From assembly GCA_017999345.1 (NCBI GenBank), contig JAGNLY010000001.1, positions 156,535 through 220,534 of the forward strand: a stretch of DNA of 64,000 bases, read 5' to 3'. Positions within the stretch are counted from its first letter, which is position 1. The number at the start of each line of letters is the position of its first letter. This stretch comes from Candidatus Woesebacteria bacterium. Its GTDB lineage: Bacteria > Patescibacteriota > Microgenomatia > UBA1400 > PJMF01. The notes below the pieces were generated by a model. It was given only the letters and a program-made list of their open reading frames with translations. It had not been told where the DNA came from and ran no database searches. Of the stretch, positions 63,559-64,000 are shown piece after piece. Both the position numbers and the translations under genes were made by a program.

Positions 63559-64000
63559 ATGCCATTAATACTTGGAACACAAAGATTTACTATAATCGGT
63601 CATGATAATCCTCATCATGATAGAGACAATGGAGGTCATGCAAAAATTACTCCAAAAACTACATACGTCGATAGAACAAAAATGCCGTTAGATTTGTATT
63701 TAGAAATGATGGAGCTTGTTTTGATAACCGGTGAAGCTATTACTAACGTGATGATTAAAAAGGGAATTGATGTCCAAAGAATTAATTATCAAGATAATGG
63801 TAATTGGGCTTATTTTCCCGGAGTCAAAATAAAACCGGCGGTTCATGTTCACTTATACGTGAGATCAAAAAATGAAAAGCATCCAGACAATGACTTAAGA
63901 TTTAAAGCTTTTCCTAATGCTCTGTTTTTCCCATTTGTTGAAGAATCACCAGAATATTACCAAAATTTTAAGCCTTACAGCTTGCAAGATTGTGCAGACA
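63559..64000 (+). CDS. HIT-like domain protein (3' end outside window), tentative
   Basis: Open frame from ATG 63559 to the window edge: MPLILGTQRFTIIGHDNPHH...KPAVHVHLYVRSKNEKHP. HVHLY resembles a histidine-triad-like HxHxH/Y motif. TATAAT (63543-48) lies 10 nt upstream of the ATG. Confidence 0.4.
   Translation, partial: MPLILGTQRFTIIGHDNPHHDRDNGGHAKITPKTTYVDRTKMPLDLYLEMMELVLITGEAITNVMIKKGIDVQRINYQDNGNWAYFPGVKIKPAVHVHLYVRSKNEKHPDNDLRFKAFPNALFFPFVEESPEYYQNFKPYSLQDCAD

Noticed and set aside
1-64000. Alternative genetic code (UGA recoded, as in some CPR lineages)
   Set aside because: TGA terminates well-defined genes at conserved C-termini. For example, the ACD gene ends in ATGA overlapping the flavodoxin start. 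No conserved gene shows in-frame TGA interruptions.

Overview
This is an AT-rich bacterial window. Hand counts of single 60-nt lines give about 22-35% G+C. The standard genetic code applies: TGA works as a stop and ATGA/ATGAATAG gene overlaps occur. Gene content suggests a small-genome CPR/Patescibacteria-like organism, which is an inference: there is no rpmD between rpsE and rplO, many ribosomal proteins carry extensions, and there is a fermentative ADP-forming acetyl-CoA synthetase + flavodoxin + 2-oxoacid oxidoreductase operon plus a sortase next to a baseplate-J-like surface protein. Layout: 0-20.2 kb holds mixed housekeeping, membrane and redox genes. 25-31.9 kb holds alaS, a 792-aa surface protein, sortase, ruvX and mltG. 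32.1-39.3 kb holds rpoB-rpoC. 42.2-63.4 kb holds a nearly uninterrupted str/S10/spc/alpha/L13-S9 ribosomal supercluster. I found no tRNA, rRNA, CRISPR array, transposase or integrase. Two accessory insertions stand out. (A) At 20.2-24.9 kb on the minus strand, a near-consensus promoter drives a ~380-nt highly structured leader containing a three-stem RNA element and a 116-bp palindromic element. These precede a G+C-rich 235-aa gene that looks like a catalytically degenerate Nudix/ADP-ribose-pyrophosphatase fold, followed by a strong terminator. Downstream are two overlapping orphan genes (496 and 559 aa); the second seems to contain an internal copy of the same degenerate Nudix-like core. (B) At 39.3-42.2 kb, wedged between rpoC and rpsL, is a 604-aa orphan gene. 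It is divergent from a perfect TTGACA-17-TATAAT promoter, a structured leader with mutually exclusive hairpins, and a second G+C-rich small gene with its own terminator. Locus A is my best candidate for an undescribed system. All functional ideas for it are inference from sequence only.
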